A stretch of DNA of 64,000 bases. Origin: an uncultured Poribacteria bacterium. GTDB taxonomy: Bacteria > Poribacteria > WGA-4E > WGA-3G. A program made the position numbers and the translations under genes. The DNA is taken from the NCBI GenBank assembly GCA_951813565.1, contig OX638351.1:672001-736000 (forward strand), read 5' to 3'. The notes under the pieces are model-generated. The model was not told where the DNA came from. It saw only the letters and a list, made by a program, of their open reading frames with translations, and did not search any database. This document shows, piece after piece, positions 20,382 through 30,889 of the stretch (its first letter is position 1; the number at the start of each line of letters is the position of its first letter).

Positions 20382-20980
20382 ATGTCATATAATTCATTTT
20401 AAGACATATAAAATGAATTATATTAATAAAAATTAGAAACTTTATTTGATTTAAATTTAGTTTTATGTTAGAATTAATGTCGGTTCAATATGAGACTTCA
20501 AGTGCGGAATAGTGATCCAAACCTGTATACACATATAAAATAGGTGTTGGTAAGTACACACAACATAGACAGACCGATATATTCCACTACGAAGTCCCAT
20601 TCTTATTTATTAATTTTAAGACAATAAAAATTTAATTTGATATTATATAAGTTTTAACTTATAATTAATATATTGGAAGATGCAGATGTTGTTTTCATCT
20701 GCACCGGACAATGTAGGTTTAAATATCTTGTGGATTGAAGCAAAGAAGTCCCATTCGTAAAAGTCAATGTTTCACGCAAGATGCAAGGAAAACAATTGGT
20801 AACCACAATATAGGTTAAATGGATAGATGTGGTGTCAATTGAGATAGGTAAACAGGTAACCCTGTTTTTTACACAATATTAATACACAATATTAATATTT
20901 AGATTGGAAGATTAGATTAACAGGATTTAATTCCCTGAATCTTAACTTGAATTTAATATTTCTAAAAGGAGAAATAAGTA

Positions 20981-23900
20981 ATGCGATTGTCAAATAAATC
21001 GACATTTTCCTTAGCAAGTTTAATTTTGCTGTTGGCACTTGGGGTTGTCTTTGGAACTACCTTTGTGATGGCACATGCTCCAGATGATACTACTGTAGGT
21101 CCACATACTCACCCAGTAACGGAGGCAGTTGCGGAAGACACCAGTGCCACTCCCCCTGTGCTACCAGTTCCCCTACATAATACGCACCCAGTGCCAGTTA
21201 TTACGTTAAGGAGTGGTCAGCCTAATGTCCGAGGCAATATGATAGCGCTTGACGCTACTACTAATACTACTTTTACCTTAATCGTTGATTACGGTACAGA
21301 TGTAACTGATACTGCCACTAATACTGATACTACTGGTGTTGCGGATGACGATCTAAGCATCGCTGATGCTGCTCATGCAACACTGCAAGTTGACAGCACA
21401 GCGGCTACGGATGCAACTTTAGCTATCACGCGTGTCGGTAGCAGTGATTCTATGTTTCGGGTAGTAGTAACTCCCGGACTTTATCCGAATGCCGACACGG
21501 CAGCCACAGCTACGAACGATGACACCTTGATGTTCAGAATACAATTACCAGCGGGAGACTTGTTTAGTCTGCAAACAACAGAGGTTGTAGGAACTGCTGT
21601 TGATCCAGTGACTGTCCCTGGTGGTGAAAGTTTAGCATCAGCTCTTTATACTTTTACGTTGGTTGATGTGTTGCCTCCACCCGAACCTGACACCACAGTT
21701 CCAGTGGTATCTATTGGTACTCCTACTTTTGATGCTGGAAAAGGTCAAGTGACGTTCACAATCACGGTTACTGAAGCGAATCCTGGTACGGATGCTGGCG
21801 ATGGACTTTCACTTTCTGACACCACTTCCGGGGTTACAAATGGAAGTGTTGTAGACTTTGCTGATAATAATGATGGGACTTATACGGTGCTGGTTGTGCC
21901 AACTGACGCTGCTATGCCAGTTTCATTGTCGATTGCTGCCGGGGCAGTAGTAGATGCGTCTGATAATAGTTCTGGTGCTGTTGAAGCTGTGACTTGGACA
22001 CCAACAGGTTACACACCGCCAGTAATTCCAAAAGTGACGTTTACCTCTACAGGTAGTGCGACAATTGGTGAAGCGTTTGCTGTAACGCTCGGTAATGCCG
22101 ATACCACAATGATGCTTGCTGATCTTAATATAGGACTTTCCGATATTACGGTCACCCAAACAGCAACTGATGGTACCGCAAGTGTTCTTGCACGTACTTA
22201 TAATGGTACAACAGGCGTTGTGACATTCACCCCAACTGCAGCGGGGACAGTAAAAGTTGCTGCTACAGTTAACGGACAGACAGATGAATCAGTCGCTATT
22301 ACAGTCGTAATGGCAGCCCGCGTCCCTGTTGCTGTGACTGCTACACCATCAGCAACTGCAGTGAATGGTAGCACCCCTATTGTCGTGACGTTAAGTGCTA
22401 CGGCTCCGGCTATGGTTCCATCAGACTTAGAGGCTGCTGATTTCACCGTCATGGAAGGCAGCATTGCCTTGAATGCTGTAGTGAATGTTGGTGCAGTAAC
22501 TGGTACAGTCAGCTTAACCATTACACCTGCTGGTACTGGAAACACAATTGTTACAGTGGCGCCGTCCACAACAGGTATCGCAAAGGTTCGTTTTGCCCAA
22601 GTATCAATCATGGTTGACCGCACAGCACCTACGATAGAGTTTAGTCTCTTAACAAGAGACGCGAAGGCGGATGTAGCTGTTCAGGTGGGAATCACAGTTT
22701 TCGGTACTGATGACGCACTTGCTGTTGGTGATATTAATGTAGTACAAACTGTCAATGGAAGTTTCGAGTCTCTTGAACATACTTATATTGCTGCTCCAAG
22801 CGTGGTAACGTTTACACCAAATGCTATGTCCACGGTTGTTGTTAGCGTTGACGCAGATGCCGTAATGGATGCCGTTGGAAATGGGAACGCTGCGGCAAAT
22901 TCAGGTGATATTGCTGTCGCCGCCGCAGACCTTGTTGATTCCACAGCGCCCACAGCGACTATTATAGGCGGACAACGTACAGAGCGTGCATTTGAAGTAA
23001 CCATCACCTTTAACGAAGCACTAAAAGCGGGTGAAACCCTGACCGCTGATGAAATCACGGTTACAAATGGCTCCATTGCTAATGTCGCTGAACATACAAC
23101 GAGATCAAACGCCTTCACAGGTACGGTTACACCAGACCACGGTGTTAGAAGTGTAACAATTCAGGTCAACGCAGGTGCAGTGAAAGACGCATCTGATAAT
23201 GCAAATGCTGCAACGCCTGCAACGGCTCATGCTATCACGGTGAGAAGCACCTCCGTACCATTTGATCCACCACCTAGCGCAGCGAGTAAGCTGGAAGGGC
23301 TTGTTATTCCCGGGAAGAGTTTTGTGCTTTTGACGCGTGCGAATTCCGAGGGATTGCCAGCGGTATTGCCTTCAAACGCTTCTATGGTCGTGTGGGCTGA
23401 TATGCCGGATATTGAAGCGTTATTCTATAGTGGTGGTTCTATAAACATAACTGTTTCGGGCGTTGGGAACCGAAGTGTTCTCTTCACTGAATTTATGTGG
23501 GCAAGGAACCTTGCTAAAATTGGTCAAACTGGTGAATTAGCGCATCAATGGATTGAAATTTACAACAATAACGATGATCCTGTAACCGCAACAGTGGAGA
23601 CCAAAGCTGGCCGTCCAGCACTTGCGCATGGCACTGATCGTGTCAGTAACGTTGTAGGTGCTGGTTGGAAACTTGAAGATTTAGGTCAGAACGGTTCTGA
23701 TGATGGTGAAGGTGGCAGTGCCGAGGTCGATTTCGTTTCTATGTATAAAGTAGATAAAAGCGCAGGCGACAAAGATGGTTCTATCAAAGGCCATTGGGGA
23801 GTCTCCAGCGAAGTCTATTTTGCCCTTCATAAAGGCACACCAGGGAAATTTGAACGTAGTGGTGTTGGTACTATCGGTGCAACGTCCTTTAATGTTGGCC

Positions 23901-25672
23901 CAATCATCTTCAACGAGATTGCGAATAGAAATAATAGTGATAAAGCTTACGAATGGATTGAACTTCGCAACAAATCTGGTGGCGAAGTAAATCTCAAAAA
24001 CTGGCAAATTAGTATCGTGACGGCTGTCGGTCAAGATAACGTGTTCTATGACTTCCCGGATGCGGACCGTAAAGTTCCCGCAGGTGGTCTGCTCTTGTTG
24101 GTTGATACCGATCCAGCGAACGATCCGAACCACCCGTTGCAAACTGGATGGAACATTACAAAGAATGCCGCGAACCAAGTCAACGGTGTCGGTGCACATT
24201 CACCACGCTACATGGTTGCAGACTTCAAAGATGATGGCCTGCCAGACGATGGTAAATTCGTGTTGATTCTGCGGAACCGTAAAGACAAACGTGGTATAGC
24301 AGAACACTTGATTGACATCGCTGGTTATGATGACGATTTGAAGGTTTCAGCTGAAGATGCTGGTTTCACAAACCTCTGGCCCCTTAAAGGTGGTGTCCGT
24401 GATGCCCAACTTAGCAATAACAAGTTGGAAGTGAATCAAGTTCACCGTCGCCAGAAGGATAGTATCTGGGGAACAAGTTCTACCAACTACGGTAGAAACG
24501 GTGGAAACCATGGTGATGATACCGCATGGCGCGGTGTTGGTTGGACAAGTGTCGGCTACAAACGGAATGCTGCGCGGAATAGCGCACACGGTGGGACACC
24601 TGGATTCCCGAATGGCGCGATTAAAAGCGATGGTGGCGATGCGATAGCAGCACTTGTTATCAGTGAAATTATGCTCGATACCAGTCGGAACTTACCACAG
24701 TGGGTCGAAATTCAGAATCTCTCCAGTAGTATTGGGGTTAATTTGAATAACGCTTCACTCTTTATCGTCAACCATCACTTGAAAGCTGATGGCACCGACT
24801 ATACTGAAGGTAAATTGTCCGAACGAATCAACATTGATAACATGGAGATTCCACCGAACCAAACGGCGTTGGTTGTTTCAACTGGTGCTCGCAGCTACAC
24901 CAACCTTCCGAATGAACGTGTTTGGAATCTACGTAGAGGTCGTGGTGAAACACTGCTGAACCCGAACGGTTTCCAGATTACACTCAAGTTAAAAACTAAT
25001 GAAGGTGATGCTAATAAGCACCAGACTGCTGATGTTGTTGGTAACCTTCCCGATGCACCAGCAGGCAGTCGTCCTGATGAACAGTCCTACTTGGATGCAC
25101 TCTGGGATTGGCCGGCTGGAACGGATGCAAACGGTAACCGCGTTTCTGTCGCACGGAAAACTTCTACCAAGATTATGACGCTTGATGGAAGAAGTGCTGG
25201 GCATTGGTTATCTTCTATGGATGATCCACGGTTGAGTTTGATCCGTGAACAAACGTATTATGGACATTCTAACGATGTCTCTTCACCGGGACAAACCATT
25301 GGTGCAGCGTTGCCAGTCAACTTGTCATCCTTCCGTCCAACACTGGAAGACGGCAAAGTCGTTATCCACTGGACAACCGAATCCGAACTTGACAACGCTG
25401 GATTTAATATCCTTCGTAGTGAAACTCGGAACGGTGAATACAAGCAGGTCAATTCTGAACTGATTGCTGGACATGGCACTACAGGTGAACGCCACACTTA
25501 CAAGTGGGTTGACCAAACCGCCAAGCCTGGTGTCGTTTACTACTACCAAATTGAAGACGTATCTTTCGCCGGTGAGCATCAAGTGCTTGCTGTAACCAAA
25601 TTGAAAGGTTTGATCTCGGCGAAAGACAAACTTACAACGACGTGGAGTGAGCTAAAACAAGCTTCACAATAG
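20981..25672 (+). CDS. Large secreted surface protein with bacterial Ig-like repeats and lamin-tail-like domains
   Basis: Signal peptide; DTTxP/D.AGN Ig-like repeats; IIFNEI..EWIEL and VISEIM..QWVEI LTD motifs; LPV.LSSF..W.TESE.DN.GF domain; KLTTTWSELK tail. Confidence 0.85.
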   Translation: MRLSNKSTFSLASLILLLALGVVFGTTFVMAHAPDDTTVGPHTHPVTEAVAEDTSATPPVLPVPLHNTHPVPVITLRSGQPNVRGNMIALDATTNTTFTLIVDYGTDVTDTATNTDTTGVADDDLSIADAAHATLQVDSTAATDATLAITRVGSSDSMFRVVVTPGLYPNADTAATATNDDTLMFRIQLPAGDLFSLQTTEVVGTAVDPVTVPGGESLASALYTFTLVDVLPPPEPDTTVPVVSIGTPTFDAGKGQVTFTITVTEANPGTDAGDGLSLSDTTSGVTNGSVVDFADNNDGTYTVLVVPTDAAMPVSLSIAAGAVVDASDNSSGAVEAVTWTPTGYTPPVIPKVTFTSTGSATIGEAFAVTLGNADTTMMLADLNIGLSDITVTQTATDGTASVLARTYNGTTGVVTFTPTAAGTVKVAATVNGQTDESVAITVVMAARVPVAVTATPSATAVNGSTPIVVTLSATAPAMVPSDLEAADFTVMEGSIALNAVVNVGAVTGTVSLTITPAGTGNTIVTVAPSTTGIAKVRFAQVSIMVDRTAPTIEFSLLTRDAKADVAVQVGITVFGTDDALAVGDINVVQTVNGSFESLEHTYIAAPSVVTFTPNAMSTVVVSVDADAVMDAVGNGNAAANSGDIAVAAADLVDSTAPTATIIGGQRTERAFEVTITFNEALKAGETLTADEITVTNGSIANVAEHTTRSNAFTGTVTPDHGVRSVTIQVNAGAVKDASDNANAATPATAHAITVRSTSVPFDPPPSAASKLEGLVIPGKSFVLLTRANSEGLPAVLPSNASMVVWADMPDIEALFYSGGSINITVSGVGNRSVLFTEFMWARNLAKIGQTGELAHQWIEIYNNNDDPVTATVETKAGRPALAHGTDRVSNVVGAGWKLEDLGQNGSDDGEGGSAEVDFVSMYKVDKSAGDKDGSIKGHWGVSSEVYFALHKGTPGKFERSGVGTIGATSFNVGPIIFNEIANRNNSDKAYEWIELRNKSGGEVNLKNWQISIVTAVGQDNVFYDFPDADRKVPAGGLLLLVDTDPANDPNHPLQTGWNITKNAANQVNGVGAHSPRYMVADFKDDGLPDDGKFVLILRNRKDKRGIAEHLIDIAGYDDDLKVSAEDAGFTNLWPLKGGVRDAQLSNNKLEVNQVHRRQKDSIWGTSSTNYGRNGGNHGDDTAWRGVGWTSVGYKRNAARNSAHGGTPGFPNGAIKSDGGDAIAALVISEIMLDTSRNLPQWVEIQNLSSSIGVNLNNASLFIVNHHLKADGTDYTEGKLSERINIDNMEIPPNQTALVVSTGARSYTNLPNERVWNLRRGRGETLLNPNGFQITLKLKTNEGDANKHQTADVVGNLPDAPAGSRPDEQSYLDALWDWPAGTDANGNRVSVARKTSTKIMTLDGRSAGHWLSSMDDPRLSLIREQTYYGHSNDVSSPGQTIGAALPVNLSSFRPTLEDGKVVIHWTTESELDNAGFNILRSETRNGEYKQVNSELIAGHGTTGERHTYKWVDQTAKPGVVYYYQIEDVSFAGEHQVLAVTKLKGLISAKDKLTTTWSELKQASQ

Positions 25673-25849
25673 GGTTAAATTCAGGGATATTTAACCATTT
25701 TCTCCTCACAATAAGGAATCTGCAGAATCCTTATTGAAGGAAAATCTTTCTAAAAAACTATTCCCATTTAGGAGGCTGTTGCAATATTCCGGTGCGGCAG
25801 TTTCCTAACGGAATAGTAAACTAACTAACCTATCCAACTAACCTATCTC

Positions 25850-25883
25850 AAACAGGGAACTTGCGCCCGCAAGTTCCCTGTTT
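25850..25883 (+). terminator. Terminator hairpin
   Basis: AAACAGGGAACTTGCG-cc-CGCAAGTTCCCTGTTT downstream of the surface protein gene. Confidence 0.7.
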
Positions 25884-25926
25884 GAACTTTTAACGACAAA
25901 AAACCGCGTCTAATCGCAATTCATTG

Positions 25927-26088
25927 CCAAATCAACGCAGCATGCGCCAAATCAAGAAATCAAGAAATCAACGGTATGAATCATGGCGAATCATGTAGAA
26001 TACCAAAAGCGTATTCTACCAAGCGCATTCGTCTTTAGTCATTCACCGGGTCCGAATGCCTTATGGCATTCCCCGTGTGGCATGCTGC
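25927..26088 (-). mobile_element. Nested hairpin-TGATT composite (inverted copy of 19199-19351)
   Basis: Near-identical reverse complement with one extra AAATCAAG. Confidence 0.8.
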
Positions 26089-26238
26089 GCCTCTTATATT
26101 TTCTAATTGAATGTAGGGCGGGGTCTCTGTGCCCCGCCACTGCTGATGTATCTAAACGTGGCATGCTGCGCCTCTTATATTTTCTAATTGAATGTAGGGC
26201 GGGGTCTCTGTGCCCCGCCACTGCTGATGTACCTAAAC
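26077..26238. repeat. 81-bp tandem duplication
   Basis: 26077-26157 and 26158-26238 differ at one base. Confidence 0.9.
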
Positions 26239-26438
26239 AACGGGCGGACACAGAGACCCTCCCCTACAATAAGGGTGAGGTTTGTAGGTTGTATTTAATA
26301 GCGTCCAACCTGAAATAAATCCTTAAATTGACGCCTATGGTAGAGCTTGCGAAACCCGACGGACGATATAAGCTTTCCGTAACACGCATTAACTAATAAT
26401 TCTTAAAACTAAATAGCTCTGCTCAAAAACAGAAAAAC

Positions 26439-26467
26439 TTGACAATTCTGTAAAAACCCTTTAAAAT
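26439..26467 (+). promoter_or_regulatory. sigma70-type promoter of ggt
   Basis: TTGACA-17 bp-TAAAAT. Confidence 0.65.
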
Positions 26468-26501
26468 TCTAACTATTAGTCTTCAGCGAAAGGAAAACGC
26501 T

Positions 26502-28103
26502 GTGAATTTACACAAAAGAGACTACGGGACAGTTGTTGGCCCACACCCCCGTACTGCACAGGCAGGTTTTGATATGCTCCTCACAGGAGGGAATGCCGTG
26601 GATGCCGCTGTTGCCGCTGCCTTTGCAGAAGGAGTCGTGGAACCCTCACAAAATGGAATCGCGGGCTACGGCGGTTGTGTGCTAATCTATCGAAAGAAAA
26701 CACAAGATGTCGTAGCGATAGATTACAATTCTGCTGCACCAGCAGCTGCATCAGAAGATATGTTTACAATTGAGGAAGCTCCAGATACGCCTGCAGGATA
26801 CCGTGTTCCTGGACGCGTTAACGTTCACGGACCGCTATCTATTGGTGTGCCAGGGGTTGTTGCGGGATTATGTTTAGCGTTGGAGGAGTATGGTAGTCTT
26901 CCGCTCGTGGATGTGCTACGTCCGGCTATTAATTCTGCACGTTATGGTTATGCCCCTAATGCCTCAAACTGTGGTGGAATCGCCGGAAATGCAGAAAGGT
27001 GGAAAAGAGAGTTTCCAGAAACGGCACGGGTTTTCCTCAAAGATGGACGACCACCAAAAAAGGGGGAAGTGCTTACCAACCCTGATCTTGCACGCACTCT
27101 GGAGGCTGTTTCAGAAGGTGGGCGCACAGCTTTTTACGAAGGGAAAATAGCAGAAACAATCGCGAACCACATTCAGGAATTAGGTGGATGTTTAACCGTT
27201 GATGATCTAAAAAATTACCGTGCCTTCATTACAAAACCTTATGAAATTCAGTATCGCGGCTATTCGGTCTATACTGCACCTCTCGGAGCAGGCGGACTAA
27301 CCACTTTACAGATGCTCCGTTTGGTTGAGGGATTTGATGTAACGTCTATGTCTCTTACCGAGAGATTCCATCTTTTTGCTGAAGCGATGAAGGTTTGCTG
27401 GCCCGAAAGGCTCCGGCGATTTGGAGATCCGAATTTTGTTGCTATAGATATAGCAGAAGAACTGTCGGATAGTTTCACAGCAACACTCAGCAAAAAGTTG
27501 AAGGCAGGACTTGAATCGCCCCAACGGGGTGAGGTAGTCTATCACGAACCGATGAATTGCACAAGTCATATTTCCACTGCTGATGCGGAGGGAAATATGG
27601 TATCATTGACACAGACACACGGTGGCGGATTCGGTTCAATGGTAACGGTGCCTGACACTGGACTACTTTTTGGACACGGTGTTGGTCGTTTCGATCCGAG
27701 ACCGGGGCTTGCAAACTCTGTCGGTCCGGGTAAACGTCCGTTGCATAATATGGGTCCATGCCTTGCCACGCGAGACGGCATGCCTTTCTCGACCTACGGT
27801 ATCCCTGGCGGTCGTACTATCCCAAACAATCAATTAAATATCAGCGTTAGCCTTATTGATTTGCAAGTGTCCGCGCAAGCAGCGTTGGGTGCGCCACGAT
27901 TTCACAGCGATGGTGCTGAACCGATCCAAATCGAATCACGCGCAGGTGAAGAAACACTTGCTGGGTTGCGAGAACTTGGACATGAAATCACTGCAAGTGG
28001 TGGTATCGGCGGCCCGGGACATGCTATTCGCCTATCAAACGATGGAACTTGCCACGATGGCGGCACGGATCCACGTGGAGAAGGTAAAGTCATAGGACGT
28101 TGA
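26502..28103 (+). CDS. ggt: Gamma-glutamyltransferase family protein
   Basis: GGNAVDAAVA, GVPG.VAGL, catalytic TSHIST.D.EGN, PGKRP, DPR.EG. Confidence 0.9.
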   Translation: MNLHKRDYGTVVGPHPRTAQAGFDMLLTGGNAVDAAVAAAFAEGVVEPSQNGIAGYGGCVLIYRKKTQDVVAIDYNSAAPAAASEDMFTIEEAPDTPAGYRVPGRVNVHGPLSIGVPGVVAGLCLALEEYGSLPLVDVLRPAINSARYGYAPNASNCGGIAGNAERWKREFPETARVFLKDGRPPKKGEVLTNPDLARTLEAVSEGGRTAFYEGKIAETIANHIQELGGCLTVDDLKNYRAFITKPYEIQYRGYSVYTAPLGAGGLTTLQMLRLVEGFDVTSMSLTERFHLFAEAMKVCWPERLRRFGDPNFVAIDIAEELSDSFTATLSKKLKAGLESPQRGEVVYHEPMNCTSHISTADAEGNMVSLTQTHGGGFGSMVTVPDTGLLFGHGVGRFDPRPGLANSVGPGKRPLHNMGPCLATRDGMPFSTYGIPGGRTIPNNQLNISVSLIDLQVSAQAALGAPRFHSDGAEPIQIESRAGEETLAGLRELGHEITASGGIGGPGHAIRLSNDGTCHDGGTDPRGEGKVIGR

Positions 28104-28701
28104 TATTTCCATTCAATGGGTACACGTCCATAGAATGGTAAAAGGGATCGGGAATCTCGATTCATAATCTATGGTGAGGTATAAAAAAGTAGGCACTCGC
28201 TGTAGGCGCGATTTGTAAACGTGCTGATCACAGCGTATAGTTAATTGTAAATCTAACGTGTTGTGCTAAATACTTATTTGTAAAATATTGTTTCACAATT
28301 ACATGACGTTTTGTTAGTTTTTATCATTAGTTGATTCCTTCTTCAGTCCCGACAAATGCCATAAGCACATTTGACGTTGATTTGGTAGGGACGATATGTT
28401 TATAGAAAAACGTTGAACACCCTATCTTTAGCCCCGCCAAATGCCATACGGGGAATGCCAAAAGGCATTCATACCCGGTGAATGACTAAAGACGAATGCG
28501 CTTGGTAGAATACGCTTTTGGTATTCTACATGATTCGCCATGATTCATACCGTTGATTTCTTGATTTGGCGCATTTGGCGTTGATTTGGTAGGGACGATA
28601 TGTGTATAACATGAGTTCAATATGTGTGAAAAGAATACAAACAAATAGTTAACTAACACAAGTCGTAAATCTACTATAATTCTTTTGGAGTTTTAACAGA
28701 T

Positions 28702-29037
28702 ATGTCACAATTTGTAAAAGCCGCGACAACCGAACAGATACGTCCAGGTACCTGCATCGGTGTTAAGGTTGAAGGTGTTTTTATCGGTATCTATAATGTT
28801 GAGGGTGAATATTACGCCATGAACAATATCTGTCCACATCTCGGTGGGGTTTTGACTTACGGGTTTTTAGACAAGGAATGTGTTACTTGCCCGATGCACA
28901 TGTGGGAGTTTGATGTCAAGACCGGCAAATGTGTTTGGCCAGGCGAAGAGAGTATTCCTATCTATCCCGTCAAAGTCGAAGGGGAGGATATCCTTGTAAA
29001 TGTAGATGAACCGATGAATATGGATAAACCGCAATAA
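28702..29037 (+). CDS. Rieske [2Fe-2S] ferredoxin
   Basis: CPH...CPMH Rieske ligands. Confidence 0.92.
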   Translation: MSQFVKAATTEQIRPGTCIGVKVEGVFIGIYNVEGEYYAMNNICPHLGGVLTYGFLDKECVTCPMHMWEFDVKTGKCVWPGEESIPIYPVKVEGEDILVNVDEPMNMDKPQ

Positions 29038-29096
29038 AGATGTTAAAATACGATTAGTCTCATTACCGAAGAACTAATCACAAAGGAGAGAACGGT

Positions 29097-30044
29097 ATGG
29101 CATATCTGCTCACCGGTGGCATGGGATGCATCGGCACTTACGTGATTCGCGACCTATTAGCCGCTGGTGAAAAAGTGGTCGTTTACGACTTTGCTTACGA
29201 TCTAACAATTCCAAAGATGGTGCTCACGGATGCGCAAATTGAAAGTCTCACTTTTGTGCAAGGGGACATTACCGACTTACCCCATGTCTTACGCACTATT
29301 CAAGAATATGAGATTAAACGAGTAATCCACCTTGCTTCGTGGCAAGTGCCTGCATGCAATGCGAATCCGCCACAGGCGTTGAAAGTTGTGTGTGAAGGAA
29401 CAATTAATATACTGGAAGCTGCGCGCATTTTCAATCTTAAACGCGTTGTGTGGGCAAGTAGCGTGGCGGTTTTTGGTGCGCCAGAGGATTATAACCATCA
29501 ACAGATTCTGAACGATGCCCCGCACTATCCTAAATTTATCTATGGCGCATGCAAATCTCTCAACGAAAGATATGCGATGCACTATTTTGATGCTTACGGT
29601 GTCGATTCAATCGGACTTCGGTTTACAGCGGTGTATGGGGTGGGTAGAACACGAGGAATGAGTTCGTTCACGACTAAAATGATTGAAGCAGTTGCGATGG
29701 GAGAACCGCACTTGTGCCCGTTCGGTGACGATTCGGTGGATTGGCAGTATGTAGAAGATGTCTCAAGTTCGATTGTGATGGCTTGCACTTGTCCGACAAC
29801 AAAGACGCGAGTCTTTAATGTCAAGGGAGGTATCCGTCCCGTGAAAGAGGGTGTAGCGTATCTGAAAACTTTGGTGCCAGATGCACAAATTACGTTGGAA
29901 CCGGGGGTGTTCGGAATCTCGTGGGATTATGACGCAACGTCTATCGCTGAGGAGATGGGATTTACACCTGCCTATACAATGGAGCAAGGAATTTTAAAAA
30001 CATATAATAAGTTTCGAGAACGCGCTGGATTGGAACAAATTTAA
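29097..30044 (+). CDS. NAD-dependent epimerase/dehydratase (extended SDR)
   Basis: TGGMGCIG and YGACK. Confidence 0.9.
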   Translation: MAYLLTGGMGCIGTYVIRDLLAAGEKVVVYDFAYDLTIPKMVLTDAQIESLTFVQGDITDLPHVLRTIQEYEIKRVIHLASWQVPACNANPPQALKVVCEGTINILEAARIFNLKRVVWASSVAVFGAPEDYNHQQILNDAPHYPKFIYGACKSLNERYAMHYFDAYGVDSIGLRFTAVYGVGRTRGMSSFTTKMIEAVAMGEPHLCPFGDDSVDWQYVEDVSSSIVMACTCPTTKTRVFNVKGGIRPVKEGVAYLKTLVPDAQITLEPGVFGISWDYDATSIAEEMGFTPAYTMEQGILKTYNKFRERAGLEQI

Positions 30045-30110
30045 AAGTAAGGGCAGAATACATTCTGCCCTTTAACATGAAAGAACGTATATGTTGTGTG
30101 CTCTTATAAA

Positions 30111-30812
30111 TTAGTAGTACTTTTTCATCTGTGCCCAGCTGACAGCCAACTTCCCACGGGCATCAACTGCAAGCACCTGATCCCACGGTATATTCTCTCC
30201 CTTGGCATCCGCCTGATGCACATCGTCAAAGTTTGGATGTCCCCAACCGCCACTGCTTTTATCAATGACGACAAGTTGGGCAGTTTTACGTTTCAAATCA
30301 GAAACATCCCACTCTTTCCGTTTCATGGTTTCATGACTTTCACCGGTTATAGTTCGTTCAACTTTGCCATTAATTACAAGGTTAACACAACACGGCTCAG
30401 CAGTACCCCAAGCACGGTTACCACCGCCGATGAGAAAATTCATTGTTTCGCCGACAATTGTGAACTCAATTGAGGTAAGGGTGCCTTGAGGGGCATCAGG
30501 TGCAACATTACCATTTGCATCTTGCTGCATATCACCTGCTTTCTGCCCCAGTTTTGCTCCTTTGTCCGGTCCTTGATACCTTTCAGCTAAGCCAAGCCAC
30601 CAATCCCCTTGGTGATTAGAGGGCTGGCCGCGGTTCCGTGCTGTTGGGTTATCTCCCCAAGTTGGTTGAAAATCAAATGCATCTCCTGTTTTTTCTTCCC
30701 AATCTGTTAGGTCCCCTGTCTCAAAATCGTTGTTGAAAGCGCGGGCGAAAACGAAGTTAACAGACAGAATGACTAGGAAGAAAATCATGAGTGAAAAAAC
30801 ATTTTTTTTCAT
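30111..30812 (-). CDS. Secreted carbohydrate-binding-like protein with C-terminal AVDARGKLAVSW motif
   Basis: Signal peptide; NxDFETGDLTDW, GTLTS.EF and D.S.GGWGH resemble the beta-sandwich module found on GH32 proteins. Confidence 0.65.
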   Translation of the reverse strand: MKKNVFSLMIFFLVILSVNFVFARAFNNDFETGDLTDWEEKTGDAFDFQPTWGDNPTARNRGQPSNHQGDWWLGLAERYQGPDKGAKLGQKAGDMQQDANGNVAPDAPQGTLTSIEFTIVGETMNFLIGGGNRAWGTAEPCCVNLVINGKVERTITGESHETMKRKEWDVSDLKRKTAQLVVIDKSSGGWGHPNFDDVHQADAKGENIPWDQVLAVDARGKLAVSWAQMKKYY

Positions 30813-30889
30813 TTGATATATCTCCTTTAGTTTGTAAAGCAAGAAATTGTGTAATATACTCACAAGTATAAACGAATTGACACAAGTTG

